64,000 nt of DNA from Trichoplax adhaerens (Eukaryota; Animalia; Placozoa), in assembly GCF_000150275.1 (NCBI RefSeq), contig NW_002060943.1:9017070-9081069 (forward strand). Reading direction: 5' to 3'. The first letter of the stretch is position 1. Each line of letters begins with the position of its first letter. The notes beneath the pieces were generated by a model, which searched no databases, was not told the DNA's origin, and was given only the letters and a program-made list of their open reading frames with translations. Positions 1-12,035 of the stretch are shown in pieces. The translations under genes were made by a program, and so were the position numbers.

Positions 1-328
1 CAGCATTCCAGTAATTATCTTGAACTGTAACCGATTGATCGGATGTCGTTGACCAGCTAGAAGGTAAAACGATGGTAATTTGGCGAAAATAAGCTCGGCG
101 ACGTGTGGCTGTATATAAATAGCCAGAAGCGACCGTCAATAATTGACGTATTTTATCGATTATGTTAGCATTGGATGTCTGTGTTATGCTCGGCGAAAGA
201 GCCACTGTAATATCTTCGTAACCGTTATTGTTTATTGTAACAGCATGAACATAGGATAGCGTACTAATATAAGTATTGGACGATAGTAAAATGATTGCCA
301 CAACCACGAATAAAATCTTATAATCCAT
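1..328 (-). CDS. CLCA: Calcium-activated chloride channel regulator (CLCA) family protein, N-terminal part; runs off the window edge
   Basis: Manual minus-strand translation from ATG 328: MDYKILFVVVAIILLSSNTYISTLSYVHAVTINNNGYEDITVALSPSITQTSNANIIDKIRQLLTVASGYLYTATRRRAYFRQITIVLPSSW. This is a signal peptide followed by the CLCA N-terminal pattern (NNNGYEgIvvAi...ASxYLfeATxxRxYFxxvxIliPxxW). Confidence 0.88.
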   Translation of the reverse strand, partial: MDYKILFVVVAIILLSSNTYISTLSYVHAVTINNNGYEDITVALSPSITQTSNANIIDKIRQLLTVASGYLYTATRRRAYFRQITIVLPSSWSTTSDQSVTVQDNYWNA

Positions 329-669
329 TGCGACTACAAGTGGAGATCGCAGTTTAGCTCATCAATAAAAGTGGCCCAATTTTCCTGGATGAAAAATTGG
401 AATTGGATTTAGACTGACCTTGAAGATATTAATTTTTCCTCTATCGCTCTAGTGTCTGACATAGATAGTACGAAAGAATCAATCCATTAGTTAGGCATCC
501 TATTTTAATGGAAGGAAAATAACGAGGATAATCTTTATTGAGGATAAACAGTTGAAAAACATCCAAATATTTTGATAGCGTAGACGACGCAGTAAGGTTG
601 CCAGTCCCAGCCTACCAGTCCAGTATAGCGAACCAGCCAGCAATGGAACGGATGTCAATGCGCAGGACT

Positions 670-1210
670 GTCGCATATTGTACTGTAGTACTGTAGGCTG
701 CGTATTACTATTTTCCTTACTTTCCATATTAGTCATTACCAATATGGTGCCAAGTGTTTTGTTCACTTACAATACTGTCCACTGTACATCGTGGACTGCC
801 ACTGTAGATACTGGGGTAAATCCATCATGGCGATCACCTCGAAAACTCTGGAGTTTTACTAGTCCCACTATGGAATATTGTGCCGGCGTTGTCCTTTGAT
901 CTAATAAATTGATTCTACAATGGCGCAGCTAGTAGTCGATGCTACAGAGCTCTTCAAGTTCTGATAATTTACTGATGCACACTCCTATCATGTTCTCACT
1001 ATCGATAAAAGAAAAACCTTTAACCCTGTTGTACTTAGTACAGCCATTACTAAATTGGAAAACTATAGTGGTACGCAAAAATCTACTAGCGTATTTTGAA
1101 AGTTATAGTCTGCCCCCCTATCGATCGATCTTAGATGGAAGGTGTATACTGTCGAATGATAGTTATGGATTACTAGATGATGGGACTGTACTGTGCATAC
1201 ATCTACAGTT
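670..1210. promoter_or_regulatory. Weak CAGTA/TACTG-enriched region upstream of the CLCA gene
   Basis: Scattered tgtactgtagtactgtag (679-697), actgtccactgtaca and gggactgtactgtgc (~1182-1196), lying 350-880 bp upstream of the CLCA ATG. Confidence 0.35.
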
Positions 1211-2854
1211 TTATACAAGCCCATGAACATTGGAAGAGTAGATACAAATTTGAAATTGATATTTGCAATATTTGCTGGATAAACTTACTAAACTGTTCTA
1301 TAAACATACCGTGAATTGCACAGTATGCAATAAACATTGGTACTATACGAGTATACAGTATGCTCGTATACCGTAGTTGCATCAAGGTTCAGGAACTATT
1401 AAAGAGAGAAAACCTTTTCTCTCTTGCAGTTGTCCCGGATTGTATGCCAATGACTAAAATCGATTACATTAAAATGACCAAAGACTGCTAACTGTTAATT
1501 AATACCCTACAGTAAGCTCTGACACTCTAAGCTACGGGATGAAACCAAAGGGCGACTTTGTCTTGCATTTTACTAGATACGAGTTATTGAATGTACTTTA
1601 CTATGTTAAAACTCTCACGCATAAAGATCAACTTTCTATGAGTCAAACTACAAACACTTGATAAAAGCTCTTTCGTAAAATTAAAAGCGACTCCAACATG
1701 ACAATAATTATATGCCGCTATAAAGTTTGAGAAATGGAGAAGCTTGTGCTATCGTATAGGATATGACCTTGTTGCATAGAAATTTACCAAATAACCACAG
1801 GATAACATACACGCGTGTAGAATAATATCAATCCAATCTTACTCAAAGCCACATAAGAGTGTACGTAAATATTAATTATCAACTAGTCGTTGATTAACAA
1901 TAATACTGGAATACACATTTAGTAATAGAGAATGAATATTTTAGTTATAAAAGGATGCGGTGGGGGTTTAAAACCAAGAAAAAAAACTTTTTTATTGACA
2001 GTTTTTAGGCGCACATAGTCTAGAAAATTGGATATTGCCACTGAGTAATTACGATACTTTAGATTCCATGGAAACGCAGTCTATCACATCCAACACACAG
2101 TATAATGATGATACTGTACAAATACCTTTCAGTAATTATCGAATCATACACTTTAATATAACGGCTACATGTATATATAGCATTGCGATCCTTCTGAAAG
2201 AAGTGATAACCGATCGCATATAATAGTCCTGTAAACTATATACACGCTATGCTGTGGATTCCGAAATATCAAAGTAACACATACTATATTTAGACATATT
2301 ATTAATTCCCAACAAAGATTGAGTACCAGTAACTAAATTTAAAAGATTTATCTTTGCCAGTTAAATACTAACCGTAAATTTAGTCATTAAAATATCAAAT
2401 TTAGCAAATCAATTCAATGCACAATTAGCCGTACTGCAATACCTTTGTTTTTTTCAACTTAGCTACCTTAACCGTATTATATGCTCTTAGTGTAGACTCT
2501 TATCGCATTACACCATAAATATATTTACCATAAATTGATCATTTTCAACCTGCTCAAATGGATTAATTAGACGCTTACTAGTTTAAATCTTTACATTACA
2601 TAACGTTCAAAATGCATACTTGTAATAACTGTTATCCTATCATCTAGTATCATACGCGATAACAAGTATACTATCACGCCTTTCTATTAAAGATATATCC
2701 AAAATCAAGAAGGTACAATTTTGTTCAACCTTGTAATGTAGACAGTATTCATTCCTTTCTTGCAAAAACTTGGAACGATATCATACAGTGAAGGAACTTA
2801 TACATCGCGAGTAAAATTAAATAAGAATCGTATCTTTCCAAGCCTTTGCAACCA

Positions 2855-5800
2855 TTAATAATTATCGATTGTAAAGAAATTTTCTACGTTTATACCTTCA
2901 TTCATTACCGACATTGAACGTCTTCCGGAAAAGTATAAAGTAGGATATTCCCTGCAAAGGTGAAATAAAATAGACAATGCATATATTATCTTTGTAAACA
3001 GATTACCACAGTAATTAAATAATGTAATGCATTTATGATCTAAACTATCGGAAAATAACGTATATCTATTTTATACTTATATACAGATAATCATTAATCT
3101 TGATTCTGATATCATAAGAGATAATGTGATCTTGCGATAGATATTCTCAAACTTATATTTTACTACTGCACACTTACGTACTGTTACCATTTCCATCTAG
3201 TTTTCGAAACATCGGTTGAAATGTCGTACCCTTATGTTTTCCATCTCTGCCATGCCGACGTTTAACACTTAACTTGGATCGCAGCTCATGTAAAACTTTG
3301 CCAATAGGCAAGCTTCCACGTCTTAATTGACTAACTTTTGTCTCAACATCCTTAGATCCACCAGTTAATGTTCGATTTCGACCATTTATTTCGCTCTTTT
3401 CCTCAATATCTTTAGGATCAAAACTGGATGATTGGCCGCATTCGTGAGTTGAACACGATGAAGACTTACTTTTGTCGTTAATATCTTCTGCATCATTACA
3501 TAAATCAGTGCTAAATATCATTAGAAATCGAGATATCAATTTACTGCACCCCAATATTGATATTTAGAAGGATGGAAACATGTTAGATTGATCGTTATCA
3601 TTAAGATTTGCACATCCGTTTAATTTTAACACTAAATTTTATTTATGACTAACTAAAGTATAGAACTTTCAATAGGCATACTACATAATTTAAAGGAATA
3701 TCAAGTTACTATTATCATCAATCTTTTTCCTTACTTTTCAGTCATCAATTCGTTAATGTCTTTCAATTCTAACTGAGTATCACTACAACATAATATAAAT
3801 ATGTAAGTACTAATTTCAATAAAATGATAGCTAATCTCTATAATTGTTATTAAAGCGAACGAAGAAAGTACTTAGTAATCATTCGGTAAAAGAATATAAG
3901 CATGATCATCTATGTATTTGTATTACAATCTCAATTAAGAGAGAGGTAGAACGGATTAAATACCTATCATTTTCCTCAATTTGTTCAATTCGAAAGCCTT
4001 CCTGATCTTCTTTCATTGATTCCATATTACCCTTACTATCTATTGATTGCTTTCTGCTATTAGATTCATACTGATATACTTCTGCTGTTGTTTCTGGATT
4101 GTCTTCTTCATCCATTTCAGGTATAGATGATACTCTCCTTTTTTATATATGTAATATAATATTTAGACTTGTAATTAGCTATTTCAGTTCATCCAGTTTT
4201 TTTAATGAACGATATATTTAGCTTCAAAAAATAAAAATTAATAGAAGTACTATTATTACTACGATAGCATTTCTGATATCCATAAGATTATCATTATTTG
4301 TAAAAATTACATTCATAACATTGCTATCTGTGTCACATCTGTATCATAAAAATTCTATACTGTAACATAATCGATGATATGATGAATGATGTATTTCGTT
4401 TATTAACCTCATATCTGATCATGGCAGCCAATATAAACACGTAGAGAACAGATTAATATAGCATCAAGCAGTTTCTTAACGTTGCTTGCTGAAACGTTTA
4501 TACTACACTATATCTATCTGATTGCCATTAATACTTTAATATAATAGTGGTTGTGTGTCGCAGACTTCATTATCATCGATAGCCTAAGTTAATCCTGTAT
4601 CAAGAGTATCTTATATGCAGCCTTCTCAAGAGTCTATAAACCATGAAATTCGTAATACGTATCTGATAGCATTGTACGTATAACGGTATCCGTAACTAGA
4701 TCTATAATTGCATGTTATCTCACAATTTAAAATTAAAACTAACTTTATATCTTAAAACTTAAGTACTAATAAAAAAGAATCTTGTATTATACCATTTGAT
4801 ATTACAATTATTACAATTTAAGCTAAATCTATGACGTAAAACTTATCCGTGATTTAATTATGGACTACCATTATAAAATCGGTTAAAAAGTTTTATGTCG
4901 TAAATTAATTACGGCTAATTGTGTTTCATTTTATAAATTATGTTAAAATCTATTCTTACTAGAACATACCTACTGCATCCATTTAATACAATCTCAGTCG
5001 GTACAGAGAGATCGCCATCTTGTAAATCTTCAAATGCTGCTTTTCGCCGTAACGATGACGGCTGATGCTGGCGCTCTTGCTGCTGTCTCTTTTCTTCTTC
5101 TTTTCCTTTTTCTTTCTCTTCTTCTTTCTCTTCTTCTTTCTCTTCTTCTTCTTTATCATTATTAATATTATTACTATCTTCTTCATCTTCTTCTTCTTTC
5201 CTAAATCCGCAATAAGCGAAGATACCATGTAACAACTAATTACTGCTACGAGCTGATGTATGATTCATAATTTCGATTTATATTAATATTTTTTTTAATT
5301 ATTACTACATTACAGAAAAATCTCGTCGACAGATAATGATGAAAACTGTGTGAGAGTGTGCGTATCCTTAGTTACCTAATAGCAATTCCGTTACCAATTT
5401 TTTCTATTGATGCCGTCTCTAAATCGTGTATTTTTTTACCACTTTTTCTAAAAGCGGGAAAGTGTATTAACACGTATGTACGTATAATAACTCTATGTAC
5501 TAATCACATTTAAGACACTAAATTGAGAAGAATGACTTTTGAGTAACTTGTAACGCAAGTCATATCAATTTATGTTTATCTTCTATTTGCTGTAGTAAGA
5601 GAAATTATTTTAAATTAAGCTCAGTTTACTTTATTCTCCATGTTCGAAGCCATTTCGCCATTAGAAACATAATTATCAGAAAGAAGAAAATATAAGATGC
5701 TATCATAACTATCAGCCAACTGGGAAGAGTTGGCGGTGATGGTCTAGGATCCCCAACATTTTGGGCAACAAATGAATATTTGATCTTGGCTTCTTGTTGT

Positions 5801-8800
5801 AGGACTGTTGCTTTATTATTAATTACATCAATCTATATTAATAAGGAAGTATACAATGAAATCATAACAAATTATTATTAGATACTAATAATTAACAAGT
5901 CAATAACTATCATTTCAACTACATGAATACATCTAAACTAATTCTATTAAATAACAAAGAGAAACTATGACAACAGATACATTATGAGTACGAAGCAGTA
6001 TCCGCACAGATGTAGAATATAAACTTACAAGAACATCTTTATATAGGAATACCCTATAGCTACTATTTGATATTGCAGTCTGTTCCAGATATAGCAGCAC
6101 TATCACATCATTCACGCTATCATTAGTGCTTTGATATAGTGTTGTGATGTTGATATCTCTATCTCGAAATTGATAAGCACGAGTTGAAGATGAAGAGCTG
6201 AAAATAAAAATTTATGGCAAAATAAAAAAATTTAAAATAAGTTGAACCATATAATATTATTATTCATTATGTGATATCTTCCTACATATTAGATATCAAC
6301 TATATCGGCTTTAGGTAAAAGTTTGAATTATGCGTAATTAATAAGTGATATTGTTAATAATATTGCTAATGTTATGCGTTCAGAGAAATGAGGCAACGAA
6401 GCATATTGTCAACTACAGTACACTAGAATTAATATGTTAATACCTTCTGTGTTGGTAATATACAAGTTACGAGTTATTAACACTATTTTCGCAAGTTTTA
6501 AAATCATGTACGAAGAAATAATCTGTCTACTGAAAATGCAATGAATTACTTTCATTATGCTGTTGTAAACTGAAATAATAACTTTTAAAAGTTTATAATC
6601 TTATGTATTCTCGTGTATACTAATTTTGTTGTCAAATTCAAGTCTCAGCAATGACTATTTTTAAAATAGAACAATAAAATTGAACAATGATGTCTCTTTG
6701 CACTATAAATCAAGTAGCATATTTTCTTAATTGAAGTAAATTTGATAGCGGTCTAAAATGTAGTTTTTAATATTAATGATCCCTTAATCATATTAAATCA
6801 TTTTACTCGAGCACTGGCAATTAATCATCATTGAATATGTCTTAAAACAAAGTTATCTAGATACGTAATAGTCAAGAACAAGTATCTGAACTCTATAGAA
6901 AAAATTAAATTAACCAAAGCAAAGACCAAGATATGATTATCTAAGATTGAAGTAATCGTTTTCATCCGTTAATTTATCATGATCGTAAAGTTTTCTAATA
7001 TAAAGTACCGAATTATTAATAGGACAACTTATAAGATAGCTTAGTTACTAAATTTAAGTTGGCTGCAATCTAATTCTTGTCTCAATCAATAAAGATTACT
7101 GTAGGTAATAATTCAATTTAAATACTATAAGCAGCACTCAGAAACTTTTCAATGTGTTTTATATGTATATACTTTCTGAACAGTATAATATAGCCCTGTC
7201 TTCAGGCAGATGATTAAAATTGATAAAAAAGACAAAAGCTACGCTAAGAAATTATTTAATCAGATATGATTCAGAATAAAGATCAAACCAGGTTTAATGA
7301 CGACCATTGCCAAATATTTAAATTGTCAATTTAGATCTATTGAAATGCGATAACGTTGTAATATTTGAAGTACAGTATATAGAATATATACACAAAAAAA
7401 TAAAGATTTTATATATTTCAGTTAATAACTAGATGACATTTGCCGATTTAAACATAAAGTAAAATTAACTTCCATAGTATAAACGTATTAGCAACCTAAA
7501 GGCGCTAATAAGAGAAGTTCTAGAAGTTGAATTTAGGATAATTCTTATTCGAATTTAATAGGTTATATCGTTTTAGTTCTAGTAGTCGATAATAGTGAAA
7601 GTAACGTGCGGTAAGTAAATGACATTGGTAAAAGTTTGATCCTATCATATTTTTACTGCATCAGTAGCGTTTAGAGTATATCACTTAATTGAAAATAAAT
7701 CGTGAGCACCTTTCGATATTCTAAACGTTAGCAATGGTATATAGCTCATTCATAGCGAGTAATCTCTGAGATTTTTAGAGTAAGATGTCTAAATACTAAC
7801 CTTATTACTGTCAATGGCCGGCAAATTCTTTCTTTCTTATTAATACAGTTATTTAAACTTGCTTTTAAAGCCAACCTCCAATTATTTTCTAGAGACCAAC
7901 TCCACTTTATATCGTGTTTGATCAATTAAATAGGGTATTAAAAATGTAAATCAGCACAATAAGCGATACTAATAATACGAGTGATCAATCAATATCATAA
8001 GCCACCGGCTCTTCAAAATTTCAGTATTGTTATGATTATGACCACATATAACTGATGAAACAAATAATACAATTACTACCGTAATAAGAAGTTGTCCTAC
8101 AGTTTAAAGCACTTAGAGTTATGTTCATAAATAACTAAGAGTTTTGCAACAGTTTTTGGACTTGCATAAAACATATTCTTACGTGATTAATGTCCATATC
8201 GTAAAATCGTAATTGTACGATGGCATCGTTATTAATTTCTATCACATTCCTACCTACAAATAATAAAAATTATTTTTTGTTTTGCCTTAATTACTGTACC
8301 AATAAACAAAGTGCAATAATTGCTTTAAATGGCATGGTATAAGATTTAAAAACTATAGTACTCGTTTTCACATTCAATAAAGTATAGAAAATGAACAAAC
8401 AAACTGCGGTCTGTTAATTTCCCTGATAACAAATCATATTTCCACCAAGACACTTACATTTTCCATTAATAGACGGAGGACAACTGGCCATTGTGTAACC
8501 AGATATTACCCATATTATAATGCTAAGTAGATGAATTAATCGCAACTTTATGTCTCCGGAAATCATTTTTTATAAGATGTAAAAATTAAACTTGAAAATA
8601 TTTCCCTAAACGAGCGATACTATCAAATATTAAGAGCCACGGTAGCTTCAGTAAATTAAAGGATTCTATTCGGAAGAAGTAAAAATAACGGCGTTTATTA
8701 ATATCCAGAGACCTGAATTCATCACAATGACAACAGACTTCTTTATTTCTGCTCACAAACGTTCTTTTACCATATTGCATATGCATTTCTTTTAAAATTG

Positions 8801-11218
8801 TTAACATAAAAGTAATTACTGAAGTTACCGATACACCTTTCTTCCAAAAATTAAACTTAAAAAATATTAAACATATTACTCAAATGCGTAATTTTAACTT
8901 GTGAGCTATTAGAGAATTATTTTCTCCGATGAGATAGATAATTAATACTTTACTCACGACATGTCATTGACTTTTTAATACTGCAATAAATATAATTCAA
9001 CCGAAAATTAGGAGTAGATAAAGCGAAAAATACAATAGTCCTCTCATTTTTTCTCTGAATTCAGGTATACTCTAGATTTATTAAAAATAAATTACTTGCA
9101 GCTAATATCAAGTTACTGAATGTACACAAGTTCTACTTCAACGACAAATAAACTAGTCAGCGATGCAAAATTTTTCACTCTGCTATGCTTTGATATTAAA
9201 ACTGCGAACTACTCCTTTAAATAGGCAAGGGCTTAACTATTATACTGCTTAGTTATACGCATATATGCGTAGTACTAAATACTTATATTCTAAAAATCTT
9301 TTCGTTTTAGAAGTCCATTCAATATGGATTTAATAAGAAAATCTACATATACAGCTGAGCTTTGCGCACTTTTAGGATCACCACGGAAATATATTAGTAT
9401 CTTAATTAACATTAAGGGACATTGATATCTAACTAAAATTACAAATTAGTCCTAAGTAATTTTAAATTTATCGACAACAAAAGAGATCCTGTGATAAGCT
9501 GGGTCTTAAATTTTATAATTACATCGTATCGCACNNNNNNNNNNNNNNNNNNNNNNNNNNNNNNNNNNNNNNNNNNNNNNNNNNATGTGGATAACTGGTA
9601 TTAAAATAAAATTCAAAAAAATGGATAACCAGGCGATCAGAGTGCCTTATGGAAGAAATATTTTCTTCTAGATTCATTATACTTATTTGTTAAGGTGTAT
9701 TTATAGTCTTACTTGATACTTATATGCGTACAGTACTATGACTAATACTATATAGTCTGATATTTCTAAAAGTACTGACAACATAGGCTGTGATTCTTTA
9801 CAAAATAAGAAGATGCTATTACGGCAGATTAAAACTGAAACTAAAACCACTTACTGTTAAAGAAGTCAACCTGGTAGTTAGTTCACAATTTATAATGCTT
9901 AAGGAATCGTATTATTAGAAAAGTGTGAAATATAAATTATTATTCACACTACCTATAATTAAAAACAGGGTTTACTATAATTATCTTAGAGTGAAATCTA
10001 AATCCATTCAATAATCCAATCCTATTAGACATCTTAATAATCGACTTATGCTCGTGTGTTTCTAAGCACTAGGAAAATTATTAGCGGATTCCAAATTGTA
10101 CCTGGTACGGCGCTGTTACTACACTCTACCGTACCTTCGCTTTATATTAATAAAATATTATTACAACAATATACCAGTATCATTGTTAAAGGAATCATTA
10201 TATAATTAGTAAAACGTTCCAAAGACATTTACTACATACCATCAACAAATATTATCAGTATAATTAACGTATGTATACTTCTCTCTAATGAAACTTGAAG
10301 AAAGTAGGGAGTATTAAATTCGGTAAGAATGTTTTCAACATTACCATTCCTCTTACATGTATAATATTGTAAGCTAATACTACTTAAATATAATTGGTAT
10401 AATCTAGGACGTAAATATGTTAAAATGAAATTATGATTTAAGGAAAAATCATCGACTAAGAAAATTGATAATTTAAAATACTTTTAAAATTTTATTTACA
10501 ACGTACCCAGACTGAATCCAACGCAGGACAACAGAAGAGCGATATAACTGTAGGATGATCTGTAGTTCACTGCAATTAATAGAAAATTTAGTATTCTTTC
10601 ATTTTTGTTCCAGACTAATAAAAATGGATGATTTATTTGATTAGTCAATTCGTTTATTATTCGGCGGTTTTTTTTTATATGCAGCAGTGAAATACTAGTA
10701 TCGTACACAATATTTATTATTTCAATCTGTATAGAAAATAAACGCATAATCAAGATCAACATTTGTTTAATTCCATCCAAGTAAAGCATGGTTGATTAAT
10801 TATAGCGCGATAGTATGTTTAGATTTATAATAATGGAAAAAGGCAGAGGCAAAACAATAAATACTATACTGAATAAAGCTAATGATAAGTTGCTAACATT
10901 AGCCTTATGATTATAAATAAGTTTAAATTAATTTACAATAATATTAACATAGAGAATAATAAATATTTTTATAATTGATAATGGCATTAAAAAATGTTTT
11001 TTCTACAAGATTTAATGTTTTATTTCAATTATAGATCCTGAAATTTATCGATTGTATTGCAATCAATACGTATTAAGTTATACCTATAATACGATAGTTA
11101 CCAGTAATTGATGTGGTATTTTCCTGTACCATTTCACCCTTTTCTCACTCAGTTATTCATCTAACCATGAATACCTTATTCTATTTTTATGGTCAAACAT
11201 TTGGATATTTCGTCTCAT
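2855..11218 (-). CDS. Uncharacterised single-pass membrane protein (~517 aa, 11 coding exons): Cys/Trp-containing ectodomain, TM helix, acidic/charged cytoplasmic tail
   Basis: Exons 11175-11218, 10507-10569, 8458-8522, 8183-8253, 7801-7904, 6029-6197, 5630-5832, 4970-5200, 3964-4137, 3178-3510 and 2855-2951. All are bounded by GT..AG with mutually consistent phases (1554 nt, no internal stop). The TM segment WLIVMIASYIFFFLIIMFLMAKWL is followed by RTWRIKK and a KEEE-rich stretch. Confidence 0.72.
5088..5200 (-). repeat. Coding low-complexity purine repeat ((GAA)n / 12-bp GAAAGAAGAAGA units) encoding EEEDEED...KEEEEKEEEKEEEKEK
   Basis: Repeated tcttcttctttc units on the + strand, inside exon 8 of the orphan membrane-protein gene. 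Confidence 0.8.
9535..9584. other. Assembly gap (50 N) in intron 2 of the orphan membrane-protein gene
   Basis: Run of N. Confidence 0.99.
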
Positions 11219-12035
11219 TTTTGCGTGATTGTTAGTGTAATAAAGTTGCAGTATACGACTGACACGTACTGGACGTACAAGCCGTTTTTTTATCTAGTGT
11301 TAAATAACCCTTAACCGGTTTGCATATGCCTGTTTTCCTGTCAAAAGACAATTTCTTAATAAATTGGAGTATTGCACTAATTCTGGTTAGGGGGTGAAAA
11401 GACTACGTTATTATCCCTATCGAGAGGCGACCGGATGAAGAGAAGCTATCTCGTTTTTGCGTGGGAACATGTAATTGTTTACTGACGCAAAAACAGAATA
11501 ACCGGATAAGGTCTTTATCATCCTTTCTAATCTTTAGCAAGGCTATCGCAATGATAATAATAAAGGGAACTTTTGAACTATCATCATTTTGCATTGCATA
11601 AACAAAAGACTACTGACAAACCTTAGTTATAAGTTTTCAGAAGAGATAGCTAACAATTAATAGTAAACAATTTATGTAATATACGCGTAGAAAGCTAAAT
11701 TCCCGATGTGTTTACTCATTACGGACGGGTTACTGCGGATATAACTAATCGCAGATTTAGATACTAGTTCATTAAAAACATTTATAAAACGCTGCTTAGG
11801 CATCTCACAACGCAAACGTTTAGCGTAATTAATGCTTATTTATTGAAGAGATCATGATAACTTCTTGTATGTATATGCACAATACTCCGTAAATTGCAAC
11901 AATAAACACAGCAGTAGGGAAATATCACCGTATATATGTAAGGTAGAGAGGGAATAATTGCTTGCTATCTATATCAGTTTACAGCACAATTTGTAATCAA
12001 AAATCGAACGTTAATATTTCCTATCGAATTTTTTT

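Noticed and set aside
4983-5228. Lys/Arg-rich ORF (KKKKRKKKRK...)
   Set aside because: It is an alternative frame of the GAA-rich exon. Splice phases support the Glu-rich frame.
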